Under the pieces are notes generated by a model. That model searched no databases. It had not been told where the DNA came from and worked only from the letters and a program-made list of their open reading frames with translations. A program made the translations under genes and the position numbers. Below, piece after piece: positions 46,038-56,530 of a stretch of DNA of 64,000 nt. Every line of letters begins with the position of its first letter. The stretch's first letter is position 1. Location: the NCBI GenBank assembly GCA_000091205.1, contig AP006502.2, one strand, 5' to 3'. This stretch comes from Cyanidioschyzon merolae. Taxonomy: Eukaryota.

Positions 46038-47618
46038 ATGCATATAGATCAGACGGGATCAGCGTACTGTGCGGCAGTTGCAGCTCTGCGGCGGGAGCGC
46101 TTCCGAAACCTCGGGGCAGCGGTGAGCCTCGTTCATGCTGCAGGGGCGCTTCTGGTGGAGGCCTGCGTCCTGCTGCCCCGCCGGACAGCAGGAACAGCAG
46201 CAGCGACGTTCATAAGACTGTTATTTGTGGCGTGTAGCGTGCCCTTTTTTCTCGTCGGCTCGCTGATCGGCAGTGACTGGTATGCAACGGCACGGCGGCC
46301 GGCTCGACGCCGTGTTGCGTTGTCGCTGTTGGTGGCAGCGGGTGCACTTCACCAGGTCGCCATCCTGGGCTCACTGCAGCCGCTGCTTCCATGCTCGGCA
46401 CGAAGCAAGCGCTTGATACCTCTCTCGGATGGATTGATACTCGGTGCCTTGTGTGGATGGTGGTTTTGGCTCGTGTTTGATCGAGCGGAGCGTTTCGCTT
46501 TCGAGCTACCGCTGCTGGCAACGAAGCGAATGACTCGACTCCTGAGCGCACTGCGTTCTCTAAGACACCCGCGCAGTCCTATTCTGGGGCGTAGCTATAT
46601 GCCGAGGATCGTTGCCGGGTTCGGCCTGTTCGTGATAGCGCTTAGAGTGCACCGCAGGGCGTCATTGTGGGCAAATCTGTTCTTCCTATCGACGCTGATG
46701 CTCTCTGCATGCCTCATGGTACTACTGTGGAGCGCACTGCTCCAGCTCGTGCAGGTATGGATGACGAGTCCAGTCACGCTAGGAGGAAATTCATCGCTTG
46801 GGTCGCATCACAGAGGGAAACGAGCTTCAGTGACTGTCGCGAGGTTTGAGCATGCGCTCCGTAATCGAGTCGCTGCGACGCTGTCTCTGTCACCGCAACG
46901 CCAGTCGACACCGAAGCGGACCGCTATCGCCTCGGGCGCTGGTGAAGAGCTCCTCTGTTTGGTGCTGGAACACAGCGTACATTTTGGTCACGTCGACATG
47001 TTTCTGTACGCACTCTATGATTTGGAACGTGTCGCTCTCTTCGTTCCAGAGCGGAGACGACGATTGTTTGCGGATCCTCATGGCCGAGTTCTGCTCGCAT
47101 TGCTTGACATTTGTTTGGCCATTCTTGAACCGGGGGCGCTCGTGGAACGGTACACCGCTCCCAAGGACCAAAAGCAGCAGCGCCTCAGCCGAACGCGGCA
47201 CGTGTATCGACTTTCAAACGCTGGCTTGTTGCACGCCTATCGCATGACGGCTACCTCGCTGGGCGCCTTGATCTTGCACAGCAGTCATGAAGATCCATTC
47301 GGACTCGTCCAGCGTCGCACTGGGCTGACACAACAGCGCTTGGAACAGCTTGCTGCAGCGCTTACCGCGATTCGATCGCGTTGTGGTACGCTGCGACCTC
47401 GACCTGGTCTAGAGCAAGCAGCGTTCAACGCTTTATGCGATACCCTGCAGCGATGTCGAGCTTGGGCAGCTGTCGAGGCAGCACCGACCTGCACAGGGAC
47501 ATTGACGCATTCCTCAACGATGCCACGGGTTTGGCGCGAGTGGCCAACGTCTATCGAGGAGGCTGCTCGGCACCTGGAGCAGGTGCGAGCTTTTCTGACG
47601 CATCACACGCTCAAGTAA
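46038..47618 (+). CDS. Hypothetical multi-pass membrane protein
   Basis: 526-aa ORF with several hydrophobic helices in the first roughly 250 aa (e.g. FIRLLFVACSVPFFLVGSLIG; GLILGALCGWWFWLVF; FGLFVIALRV; LFFLSTLMLSACLMVLLWSALL). No recognised domain. Confidence 0.35.
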   Translation: MHIDQTGSAYCAAVAALRRERFRNLGAAVSLVHAAGALLVEACVLLPRRTAGTAAATFIRLLFVACSVPFFLVGSLIGSDWYATARRPARRRVALSLLVAAGALHQVAILGSLQPLLPCSARSKRLIPLSDGLILGALCGWWFWLVFDRAERFAFELPLLATKRMTRLLSALRSLRHPRSPILGRSYMPRIVAGFGLFVIALRVHRRASLWANLFFLSTLMLSACLMVLLWSALLQLVQVWMTSPVTLGGNSSLGSHHRGKRASVTVARFEHALRNRVAATLSLSPQRQSTPKRTAIASGAGEELLCLVLEHSVHFGHVDMFLYALYDLERVALFVPERRRRLFADPHGRVLLALLDICLAILEPGALVERYTAPKDQKQQRLSRTRHVYRLSNAGLLHAYRMTATSLGALILHSSHEDPFGLVQRRTGLTQQRLEQLAAALTAIRSRCGTLRPRPGLEQAAFNALCDTLQRCRAWAAVEAAPTCTGTLTHSSTMPRVWREWPTSIEEAARHLEQVRAFLTHHTLK

Positions 47619-48299
47619 CAAGTGCAACGTTCGGGCGTTTATCGCTGTGAGTCCGCTGCATTCTGCTGGATGTTCAGACGCTTTTATGGTAAAAAAGTGC
47701 AAATACAGCTGATCAGGTGGGTCCAGTACGCGCCCCAAAGCAGCCTGGTGCCAAGCGCTGCGTCGCCGACGAAAGCGACGCCTGGAAGTAAGTGCAGCGT
47801 TGCTCCGGCGGACGCGTCAGTCGCCTGCTCTGGTTCAGTTCCGCGTCTGGTAGACAGTGCCGTACTGGCGCTGTGGACGAGGCGTGCGGCCTCAAGCGCT
47901 TCGAGGTCAGCGTTGGTATCGCGACAGGAGAGTGCGGGCGAAATGCACTTGTGTTCGTGAAGCACAGACTTGATGCCTACACGCCCGTGTCAGCATCGAA
48001 TGGAGCGGATGCTTTTTAACTCGGGCGTGCTCGTTCATGTTTGGATGTCTTCCAATGGTACTCTGTGTAAGTTTGGGGGGCTTTTCGTAGGCTGCTTCCG
48101 CTCCCTCTTTTTCATCAACGATATTCGAGATGCCGTTCGCTCATGGGCCTCTGGCTCTGATGCCTGCAGTGGCGGTCACCTGGTGGTAGCGTGAACGATC
48201 CGATATCGATGGTTTCCGGCCATTGCAGACACGCTGGATGCATAGGCAAAAGTTACGATCTGCACATTTCCTCGCAAGTTCCGTCGCCTTTACATACAG

Positions 48300-49270
48300 C
48301 CTCGGTGCGCACTTGACAATGGTGACACTCGAATATAAGCTGAGGACTTCCCGTGTGCCTACCAGAACGCATTCTTCACTGAGTTTCATCCCGCGGCAGA
48401 TGACGATCTACTTCATCGCTGGATCCATGCGTTTCATGGGAAACGAGTTTTCCGTCGATGCGCTCCTCGGTTTCAGTGCCCGATGCGGTAGCGTATGATT
48501 ACGCGCTTTTTTTCGGAGGCAATTCGTTCCATGAGTACGCTGTCAGAGGCGCGCGCTGAGGTCCACTGTTCCATTCGATAAAGCAGTCGCGTAACGCGAC
48601 GTTGTCCATACCGAAACAAGCACCGATAGTTGAATCCAGTCTGGAGAAGACCAAAAAATCTGGAGCAGTCTACGCGCCCTTGCTCGAAAGCAGTGGCACA
48701 CGCTGCACTCGAAGCGATCGCTCCAATGACTCAGGTCCGAGTCCAAGATCCTTGTTCATGAAAACCGAAGCAACCGGGAGCCTTTGGATGCATATCTCGT
48801 GAAAGGGACGATGATGTTCTCGAATGCCGTTCCTTGGATGGCCATCAAGAGATATAGAAAATCGCCTTTTGAACGAGATGGATGATTCAACATCATATGC
48901 TCTTTGAATGTTCGGCATGATACCGTGAGCTGGTTGTCAAAGTACGCCGCAGATTGTTTTCCGTCGCTATTCCAGCGACCTCCGTTGCAGCGCCCGCAAC
49001 TTGTCTTGAAGCCGAAAGATAGAAAGACTTTCATGTTCGGTTTGAGCTTGCAGCTTATGAGGAAAGAGGAAGCACGGATGCTTGTATTTATGAATCGAAT
49101 GATGATATCGATTATTTTACGAACGCTTGTTCCGCGGCACTGCGGATCACATCTCGATTCTGGTAACGTAACGAGCTCCAGCAGCAACGTGTTGAACGAG
49201 TATTCCCGAAAAGAAAACGATCGAGCATCGTGAAACTCCACATGCATCCGCACGCCCGTTTCGCTACGCG
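48300..49270 (+). repeat. Dispersed repeat family R, copy 3 (boundaries approximate)
   Basis: 48717-48745 (atcgctccaatgactcaggtccgagtcc) resembles 59478-59508. 49087-49130 (gaatcgaatgatgatatcgattattttacgaacgcttgttccgcggc) resembles 59851-59897. 49246-49262 (cacatgcatccgcacgcc) resembles 59989-60005. Confidence 0.55.
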
Positions 49271-49759
49271 TCGGATATTCAGGCTGAACATGAAAAATAG
49301 TTGGGGCAAACATCTCAAGGCGGGCACAGCGCGAGCAGTCCAGTACTCCATTTTACATGGACCCCGTGAGCAGACGCTCTCCTCAGTGCGGATATCTATC
49401 GAGTTATCGGGGATTACTGGCCACCATCAACGTCCTGTCGATTACAAGAAAAAGCACAACTACGAGCGCTGTTTTTCCTCTGGCACATTCTATTGGTCTA
49501 TCCGTTTTGAGATAAATTCTATTCGACCCGAATACCGGGATAGCTCGCGTCGCTGCTGTTCGTGAACACAGCTTCCGCAGGTCCCTCTACCCATGTATCG
49601 CTCGGGTTACCAGAGCGTACTGCACGCTCCGTAGTGACAACGAAACATATAGACAGGCTTCTGTTTGTAGTTCATCTGGTCTCCTAATCAACAGTCCAAA
49701 CTCCACGGGAACGAAGCGCTTTATCAAGGATACTCGAGAGAGCTGCTGACCACCACCAC

Positions 49760-49790
49760 CACCACCACCACCACCACTGCCGGGACACGA
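49760..49790. repeat. (CCA)n microsatellite
   Basis: accaccaccaccaccaccaccaccaccact. Confidence 0.9.
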
Positions 49791-49832
49791 CTGGTGTCCC
49801 GCTGGCCTGCTCCGCTGCCGCCCGCGGTGGTG

Positions 49833-52001
49833 TCATCGTCGTCCCTGTTGCTGCCGCCAGGGTACTGTCCCGGCCGGTAGGGAGCTCTTTGGCGAGAGCC
49901 GGTCTCCTGGAAGCGGGATGGTGTTGGTCGTCGCCGGGCGCCCCAGTCTACGCAGGACGTCGGCTACGGCTGCATCGAGGTCGGTACGTGTGCTGCGAAC
50001 TGTCTCTGGCACGAGGCGCTCGCGTCGCATCTCCGCTGCCAATACGGCAACATACTTGTCCAGTCCAGTATCGATAATATCGGATAGCGAAAACGTTGGT
50101 TTCGATGGTTTCGTCGACGGTTTCCGGGGGCGTTCGCCCGACCACCAGTTCATGGACGAGCGACTATACGTTCGACGGTTCACGCTCTGAGCGGGTTTCG
50201 GCCGGCTGGCACCCACGAGACTTGTCCACTCGGGAAGATGCGGTACTGCACTCTGGGTACGACGGCCTCGCCAGCGGCGGTTCACTGGGTCCGCCGGCGT
50301 CGTCTGCTCCGTACTGGGTACAGTCGACGTAAATGTCTGATCCGACTGCTCCCCCAGCGTCATTCCCAACAGCTGTGCCGCTACACGTGCCTGTCGGTAG
50401 TGACGCTGGATCGGTCCAGTCGGCAGTGATCGTACCGGAGCCGGTGATCGTGCTTGATCGATGACACCGGGTTCCGTTGGTGCCGCCTCAGCATCGTACA
50501 CTTCGGAGGTGCTTGGCAGAGCGTCAGGTGACGTCGCTGTCGTTGTGCGTTCATCCTGGGATGAAAGCGTCGTGTCCGGTGCGGTGGACATGCTCGTGAT
50601 CGAGTTCGTATCGTCATCATCCGCACCAGGAGCAGCACCTGCAGCGTCAGCTCCCGGATCATCTTCTGAAAGCCGATGCTCGTTCGAATCTCGATCCTCG
50701 ATGAAATCATGGTCATCATGAGGCAACGAGTCCAATGGATGGTCACGCTTCCCAGTGCCGTGCGTCGAGGAGGACGGCTTCGACCCGGACGACAGAACCG
50801 AGGCGTCCAACGCTCGCTTCTCACCAAACCATCCGTCATTGGAACCAGTTCGTATCCGAATGCCTGGCAGGGAAGTGTGTCCATGTTGATGCTGGTACCA
50901 ATCAGGTGGCAAGCCCTTGTCCCAGGACGTCGACGGGTGCGGAACGAGCGCTGCCGTCGCCGCATCCGCCGTATTCGTCTCGACGCTGCGTGGCATGGTA
51001 GCCATCGAAGGTGCTCGAAAGGCTACATCACGCTTCGCGGGAGCACCACGCTTATCAGCTGTACTTTCCCGATACATAAACGCTTCAGCGTCGTCATGAA
51101 GAGCAGACTCGGCTGGGGTCGCAAGCGCCAGCGACGTCCGGTAGCCGATGTCGCGGTCTCTCTCGCCGGTGCCGACCGTACCAGCCACCAGACCATCTCC
51201 GAGATATCCATACCTTGGTCCATCTCTAGCGTCTTGGTCGTGTTCTATCATACTTTCGTGATCATCGCCATCCGAGTTGAAATCTGAGAGATCGCTCTCA
51301 TCCGTAAACGCCTCGGGGGCGCTTCCCGTCACTACACGTTCCTGTGCATGGCTCTGCTGATCAGCAGCGCGCTCCTGCTTGTGGCAATTATCTTCATTGC
51401 GGATTAGAGCGAGTGCTCGCGCTCTATTCGCAGAGGCGCCTGTCGCAGGACTGTTGTCAAACGACTCGTCTGTGCTCGTTGAGGGCGCCCGCAGCGGCCG
51501 TCCCAGGCCGCTCTGGAGAATGCTTTGCGCAACCGGTTGTCGCTTGAACGTTCTGGAACCTTCATTCTGGCGAATCGTCAACGTAAAGCGCAGCAGCGCA
51601 GTAGTATAGCTCTTCTCCAGTGGCAAGTGAGTCGTGTGCGTACCCTCGATGCCCGCATACTGAGCGAGGTCGACCTGCAACTCCCCGATGCACACTGTTT
51701 GGGTGCTTCTCCCAAAAGGTATCGTCCTTTTCACCTTCAAGCTCAGGAAAAAGGGAGCGAGTACAGAATCTTCGCTACCACGAGCCATCAGTGTCGCTTG
51801 AAAGCGCAGGGACTCGTTCCAGACGACGCGGTGGTTCTCCACGGGTCGGTCCGAGGTAAAGCCTCGCCACTGCACGTGCTGACGGAAGAGGCCCGCTCTA
51901 AACGCCTTTAGTTTCACATGGAAGACACCAATGCTATCAGGCACGGCCAGGAGCTCACAAATATCGAGGCGGACCAAGAAAACTCGCTTTTGGCGGTCCA
52001 T
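49833..52001 (-). CDS. Large low-complexity protein with an N-terminal NT-C2 (EEIG1/EHBP1-type C2-like) domain
   Basis: From the ATG at 52001: MDRQKRVFLVRLDICELLAVPDSIGVFHVKLKAFRAGLFRQHVQWRGFTSDRPVENHRVVWNESLRFQATL... matches the NT-C2 pattern (f.f...I.eL..vp.....v.vkwkrg.k..g.T........a.Wne.f.f...l). The remaining roughly 550 aa are Ser/Asp/Ala-rich. The six-frame ORF extends to 52289, but that extra region is a (CAG)n/poly-Ala tract and is more likely 5' UTR. Confidence 0.5.
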   Translation of the reverse strand: MDRQKRVFLVRLDICELLAVPDSIGVFHVKLKAFRAGLFRQHVQWRGFTSDRPVENHRVVWNESLRFQATLMARGSEDSVLAPFFLSLKVKRTIPFGRSTQTVCIGELQVDLAQYAGIEGTHTTHLPLEKSYTTALLRFTLTIRQNEGSRTFKRQPVAQSILQSGLGRPLRAPSTSTDESFDNSPATGASANRARALALIRNEDNCHKQERAADQQSHAQERVVTGSAPEAFTDESDLSDFNSDGDDHESMIEHDQDARDGPRYGYLGDGLVAGTVGTGERDRDIGYRTSLALATPAESALHDDAEAFMYRESTADKRGAPAKRDVAFRAPSMATMPRSVETNTADAATAALVPHPSTSWDKGLPPDWYQHQHGHTSLPGIRIRTGSNDGWFGEKRALDASVLSSGSKPSSSTHGTGKRDHPLDSLPHDDHDFIEDRDSNEHRLSEDDPGADAAGAAPGADDDDTNSITSMSTAPDTTLSSQDERTTTATSPDALPSTSEVYDAEAAPTEPGVIDQARSPAPVRSLPTGPIQRHYRQARVAAQLLGMTLGEQSDQTFTSTVPSTEQTTPADPVNRRWRGRRTQSAVPHLPEWTSLVGASRPKPAQSVNRRTYSRSSMNWWSGERPRKPSTKPSKPTFSLSDIIDTGLDKYVAVLAAEMRRERLVPETVRSTRTDLDAAVADVLRRLGRPATTNTIPLPGDRLSPKSSLPAGTVPWRQQQGRR

Positions 52002-52190
52002 GCGACTCGGAAAGCGAAGCTGTTGCAGCGGCAGAGGCAGTGAGCGCCCACTGGGAGCCGTCCAAACACCCACTGGGAGCTGGCGGATGCTAGGAGCCCA
52101 CGGACTCTCGACTCCTCTCAGAGCGAGTACGCTTTGCAGCAGTTCACAAAGTTGTATGTGTCTGCTACGGCGCTCACAGCCCTCGTTCGT

Positions 52191-52191
<1 letters not shown>

Positions 52192-52226
<35 letters not shown>
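52192..52226. repeat. (CAG)11 microsatellite
   Basis: gcagcagcagcagcagcagcagcagcagcagcagt. Confidence 0.9.
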
Positions 52227-52229
<3 letters not shown>

Positions 52230-52608
52230 AAACGTGAGCTTCGGGTCGACTGCTCCGCGCCGAGCCAGGTGCCAGCTGGTGTAGGGCACTGCACGAGGGT
52301 ACCGTTTCGTAGCGCCGAAGCGTGCCCCAACGCGTTGTCGTTCGTGTCATGGACACTGCTACTGACGAATCAAGCACGGATCGGGCGTCCGTGCGCAAGA
52401 GATAACGATTTCTCATGTGGTATAGCGACTGGCACCGTTTGCTGGCCAGGTGCACCCTGTCGGGGCAACGAGGTGCTTCTGGACCTGGTGTTCGCGGGTT
52501 GCAAGCCCGGTTCACTCGGCGTCACAACGAAGCGAGTTTGTGACTGCACTGCAACACGCAAGTGGTGGGAGTGGAACAGCTTAAAATCAAGCGACGATGT
52601 GCATTCCT

Positions 52609-53955
52609 TTAGTATTCTTCCTCTTCCTCGTTGGTGTCTGCTGCGACTTCGATGTAGTCTTTCTCGAGCGCGGCGAGGTCCTCACGCGCTTCGCTAAACT
52701 CGCCCTCCTCCATTCCTTCACCAACGTACCAGTGCACAAAGGCCCGCTTGGCATACATGAGGTCGAACTTGTGGTCGATGCGCGCGAATACCTCAGCGAT
52801 GGCTGTTGAGTTGCTCACCATGCAAACCGCACGCTGCACCTTGGCGAGGTCACCATTCGGAACGACCGTGGGCGGCTGCGAATTGATACCAACTTTGAAA
52901 CCGGAGGGGCACCAGTCCACAAACTGGATGCTACGCTTGCTCTTGATCGCTTTGACAGCGGAATTAACATCCTTAGGCTGGACATCGCCGCGATACATCA
53001 GACAACAAGCCATGTACTTGCCGTGCCGCGGGTCGCACTTGGCCATCATGTTGGCGGGATCGAAGGCAGCTGAGGTGATTTCGGCGACGCTGCCCTGCTC
53101 GTGGTGAGCTTTTTCGGCGGATATAACTGGCGCATAACTCGACAGCATGAAGTGAATCCGAGGATACGGTACTAAGTTGGTTTGATACTCGGTCAAGTCC
53201 ACGTTGAGCGCGCCGTCGAAACGAAGCGATGCCGTCAGCGAAGAGATAACTTGGGCGATGAGGCGATTCAGATTCCGATACGTTGGCCTCTCGATGTCCA
53301 GGGATCGCCGACAGATATCATAGATAGCCTCGTTATCGAGAAGCACGGCCACATCCGTATGTTCCAGCAGCGCGTGGGTGGACAGCACAGAGTTGTAGGG
53401 CTCCACTACAGCAGTGCTGACTTGTGGCGACGGATACACTGTAAATCCGAGCTTGCTCTTCTTTCCATAGTCCACCGATAAACGCTCCAAAAGGAGCGAG
53501 CCTAGACCGGATCCAGTGCCTCCGCCAACTGAGTTGAAGATCAGAAATCCTTGCAGCGCAGAGCAGTTATCCGCCAGTTTTCGTATGCGATCGAGAGCCG
53601 TGTCTACTATCTCCTTCCCTACAGTGTAGTGGCCCCGAGCGTAGTTATTGGCAGCATCCTCACGCCCGCTCATCAGCTGTTCTGGGTGGTACAGCTGGCG
53701 GTAAGGGCCGGTGCGCACCTCGTCTACAACAGAGGGCTCCAAATCCAGGAACAAGCAACGAGGAACATGTTTTCCAGATGAGGTCTCAGAGAAGAAGGTC
53801 CCGAAGGAAGCGTTATTGGCAGCTGCGATCGCCGAGTCGCGGCTAGCCATCGTGCCGTCGGGAAGGATACCATGCTCTAAACAGAAGAGCTCCCAGCAGG
53901 CGTTCGCCACCTGCACACCAGCTTGTCCTATATGGAGTGATATAACCTCGCGCAT
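52609..53955 (-). CDS. TUBA: Alpha-tubulin (complete, unspliced, 448 aa)
   Basis: [30 protein letters not shown]...GGGTGSG...[107 protein letters not shown]...EEEEEY. Alpha-tubulin is collinear throughout, including the acidic C-terminal tail ending in Y. Confidence 0.95.
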   Translation of the reverse strand: MREVISLHIGQAGVQVANACWELFCLEHGILPDGTMASRDSAIAAANNASFGTFFSETSSGKHVPRCLFLDLEPSVVDEVRTGPYRQLYHPEQLMSGREDAANNYARGHYTVGKEIVDTALDRIRKLADNCSALQGFLIFNSVGGGTGSGLGSLLLERLSVDYGKKSKLGFTVYPSPQVSTAVVEPYNSVLSTHALLEHTDVAVLLDNEAIYDICRRSLDIERPTYRNLNRLIAQVISSLTASLRFDGALNVDLTEYQTNLVPYPRIHFMLSSYAPVISAEKAHHEQGSVAEITSAAFDPANMMAKCDPRHGKYMACCLMYRGDVQPKDVNSAVKAIKSKRSIQFVDWCPSGFKVGINSQPPTVVPNGDLAKVQRAVCMVSNSTAIAEVFARIDHKFDLMYAKRAFVHWYVGEGMEEGEFSEAREDLAALEKDYIEVAADTNEEEEEY

Positions 53956-54254
53956 GATAGATTGTATTCGTTGTGAAGCTTTTCAGACACTAAACACTCA
54001 CCAGAGGCGACTATTCACCGAACCTCCGTCGAATGGTTAGGCAGCACGAAAACTCCAAACCGGAACGCTGAAAAATGGCGCGGGATATTCGAATAGCAGA
54101 CACCTGACGCGTTTCGCCGTTCAAAAATCGAACGCCGCGGCCCGCGGTGTGCAGGAGTGGCGATCGGCGCGCCCTAGACATAACGCCTCCAACTGATGTG
54201 CAGACGCCTCCCAGCCTTTTGGACCGGCCAGCCACTACTGCTTCCAATCTTGTC

Positions 54255-56530
54255 TCATATAGTTCCACCTTGGGAGATTGTCCAACAAAGTTCCCTCTCA
54301 TATACTCTGGAGGGACTTCTTTCCATTACCGCAGATTTCCGTATCTTGATAGCGGTGTTAAAGTCTCGGTTCACAAACTCCATCCGTTTCTTGCCATCAC
54401 TGGTTGTACATACTAATGCAAGTAGCCCTCGAACTTTCGCCCTCCTTTCCATTGGCTCTTCCTTCAGCGGTCCGTACTTTGTGAAATCCTCAGGGCTCCG
54501 CTTACACTTTTCCATCTCTACGCTCTGAAGTGCGCACCTCAGTTCATGGTGTGTATACGACGCACGGAACTCGTCTATTGGTATCATAACGAAACGCCGT
54601 GCACACTCCTTGTACGTTCTTGTCGACGGAGCTGGCGTAGTTCCTTTTTCGGCGCCCAGCGCCCTGTCCCATAGGCTACAACGAGCGTCTGATTTTCATC
54701 CATCTTCAGGGCGCTCAACTGATGGAAAAAGTTCGCGAATGCACGCTGCTTCCCACAGCATAGATTCATTCGCAAACGAGCCCACCGAGGCTTGGTATAC
54801 TCCTCCTACAGTGCACCCCAATGCGCAATGCGAACTTCCATGAATTTCCGAAAAGCTTCAAAGTCCGCTCCTCGGCTAGTCACCTCGCTCAAAGCTTCCA
54901 GGATCTCTTTCATTCCTGAATTCCAAGTCTCGATTTTCTTCCTTGCATTCATTATACCCGATTCTGGGTAATATCTCGCTCTCCACAACCTCAACAGACG
55001 CATGTCTTTCTGACGTAAATTACCGTCGGTCCCATCTTCCGCACGCTTCGGTGCTGCGATGGTTATGATATTCGTGTTTCCGGGGTCCGCGCCAACGACA
55101 AAGTCGTTCTCATGCACTTTCTGCGCCGCAGGACCCGCCTTCTTGGTTTATTCATGCTTCTCCGCGTCAACGACAAGGTCGTTCTCATGCACTTTCTGCT
55201 CCGCTGGACCCGCCTTCTTGGTTTATTCATGCCCCGCCGCGCCAACGACAAGGTCGTCATCCTGCACCCCCTGCGTCGCAGAATCCTCCTCTTTGTTTTC
55301 TTCATGCTCCGCCGCATCAACGACAAGGCCGTTATCCTCCACCTCCTGCATCGCAGGACCCGCCTCCTTCTCATCTTCATGGTTCGCCGAGGGCGGAACT
55401 GGACGATCTTTCTTCAACCGCCGATAGTGTACACACTTGGCTACTCCATCGGTCTCGATCATCCCAGTGAACAACTTTTGCTTGCTCATTCTCAGACGTT
55501 TGAAATTGAAGATATTCTTCCAGTGCGTCTCCCGGTTTTCGCCGGTGAAGTTCTCCCTGCTAACAGTGAACTTCGGGCTGATCTCCTTCATGATGCCGTA
55601 GAGGACTGTGGAGTCGATAGTCACGATATGTGACTTGATGTTGCACAACGAAATGACGTTGAAGCGCTTCTCCATTAGGAAGGCCTTCCGTCTCTCCCAC
55701 TCTTCATTGTTTTCCTCACTCAGCTTCATCTCCGCATTGCATTCGAGCTCTCGATCCTAAAACACGAAATAGCGCAGGACGAGGCGATAGTATCTTCCCT
55801 TATCTTTTTTCAACTCTGATATCTTGTCTGTTGGATTCGCCAACCCCAAGATCGCGCGGTGCTCTTGCATAGCCGCACGGATTACAGAAGATTCATTCGT
55901 GCTCCTGCGTGACTTCTTCTTGTCGACGAATTCGATCTCATGTTAATGCTTGCGATCCTTCGAGATGCCATTGATAATCGCCCATATTCCTTTGCGAGAG
56001 ATGCCCGGGCAGAGTGCAAATACGGTGCGTATCATGAAACGTTCGAGGTTCATTGTGAAATGGTTCTTCAGGTTCGTGAGGTACTTCATCACTCCGTATA
56101 TGTAAATATCCCAGTAACCCTTGCATCGAGTACTGTTGAAGCTGTAAAAGGGATGATTTTCGTGGAGGCCATGGACTAGCACATTTTCCCGCCGCGCTTC
56201 CTCTGTACCAAGCATCAGCTGACGAATAAAGGTCTTATCGAAAAACTCGTCCGGAATCTCGACCGTTTCCATGTGCATCACATCGCGATACATCTCCCTC
56301 GCCAAATGCATCAGTCCTGACGACGCCTTGACAATACTCTTGGATTACGAGTCGACACGTTTTTCGATAGCGTCTCGCAACTTTTCCTTACACGGATCCT
56401 TGATATGTCCAAGAAGAAAGGTTTTTACCACCTTTTCGTCGTACAGTTGTCGTCCTTGCCGCTTACGACGTAGGGCCTCCCCCTTTGGGTTCTCCTTCTC
56501 TTCCTTTTCTTCTGGACTCAGCACTGTTTT
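54255..56530 (-). mobile_element. Copy A of a TnpB/Fanzor-like (RuvC-fold, OrfB_IS605-type) element; ORF fragmented by frameshifts and carrying an internal 75-bp minisatellite
   Basis: The minus-strand ORF pieces 55943-56311, 55223-55729, 54806-55117, 54584-54775 and 54255-54587 are collinear with the plus-strand ORFs of copy B (62750 onward). They contain ...[21 protein letters not shown] (RuvC-I-like D in a GxDxGxxN context) ... LVVAYGTGRW ... ALVCTTSDGKKRMEFVNRDFNTAIKI. The last segment matches a degenerate zinc finger plus the RuvC-III motif RDxNAAxNI of TnpB/Fanzor. Reading 56312-56530 on the minus strand gives a further coding-like N-terminal stretch that is absent from copy B. Confidence 0.5.
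55085..55390. repeat. 75-bp minisatellite (about 4 tandem units) embedded in copy A of the TnpB/Fanzor-like ORF
   Basis: Unit ...caacgacaa(a/g)gtcgttctcatgcactttctgc(g/t)ccgc(a/t)ggacccgccttcttggtttattcatgc... has a period of 75 bp (the motif caacgacaa recurs at 55094, 55169, 55244 and 55319). It encodes an acidic 25-aa repeat (..[26 protein letters not shown]..) that is absent from copy B at the corresponding position. Confidence 0.8.

Noticed and set aside
54255-56311. Interpreting the breaks between the copy A nuclease ORF fragments as spliceosomal introns.
   Set aside because: Copy B is continuous across the same junctions (e.g. ...HWGTLWKEYSKPWWARLRMSLYCGKHRAFANFF), so the copy A breaks are frameshifts, indels or a minisatellite insertion, not introns.
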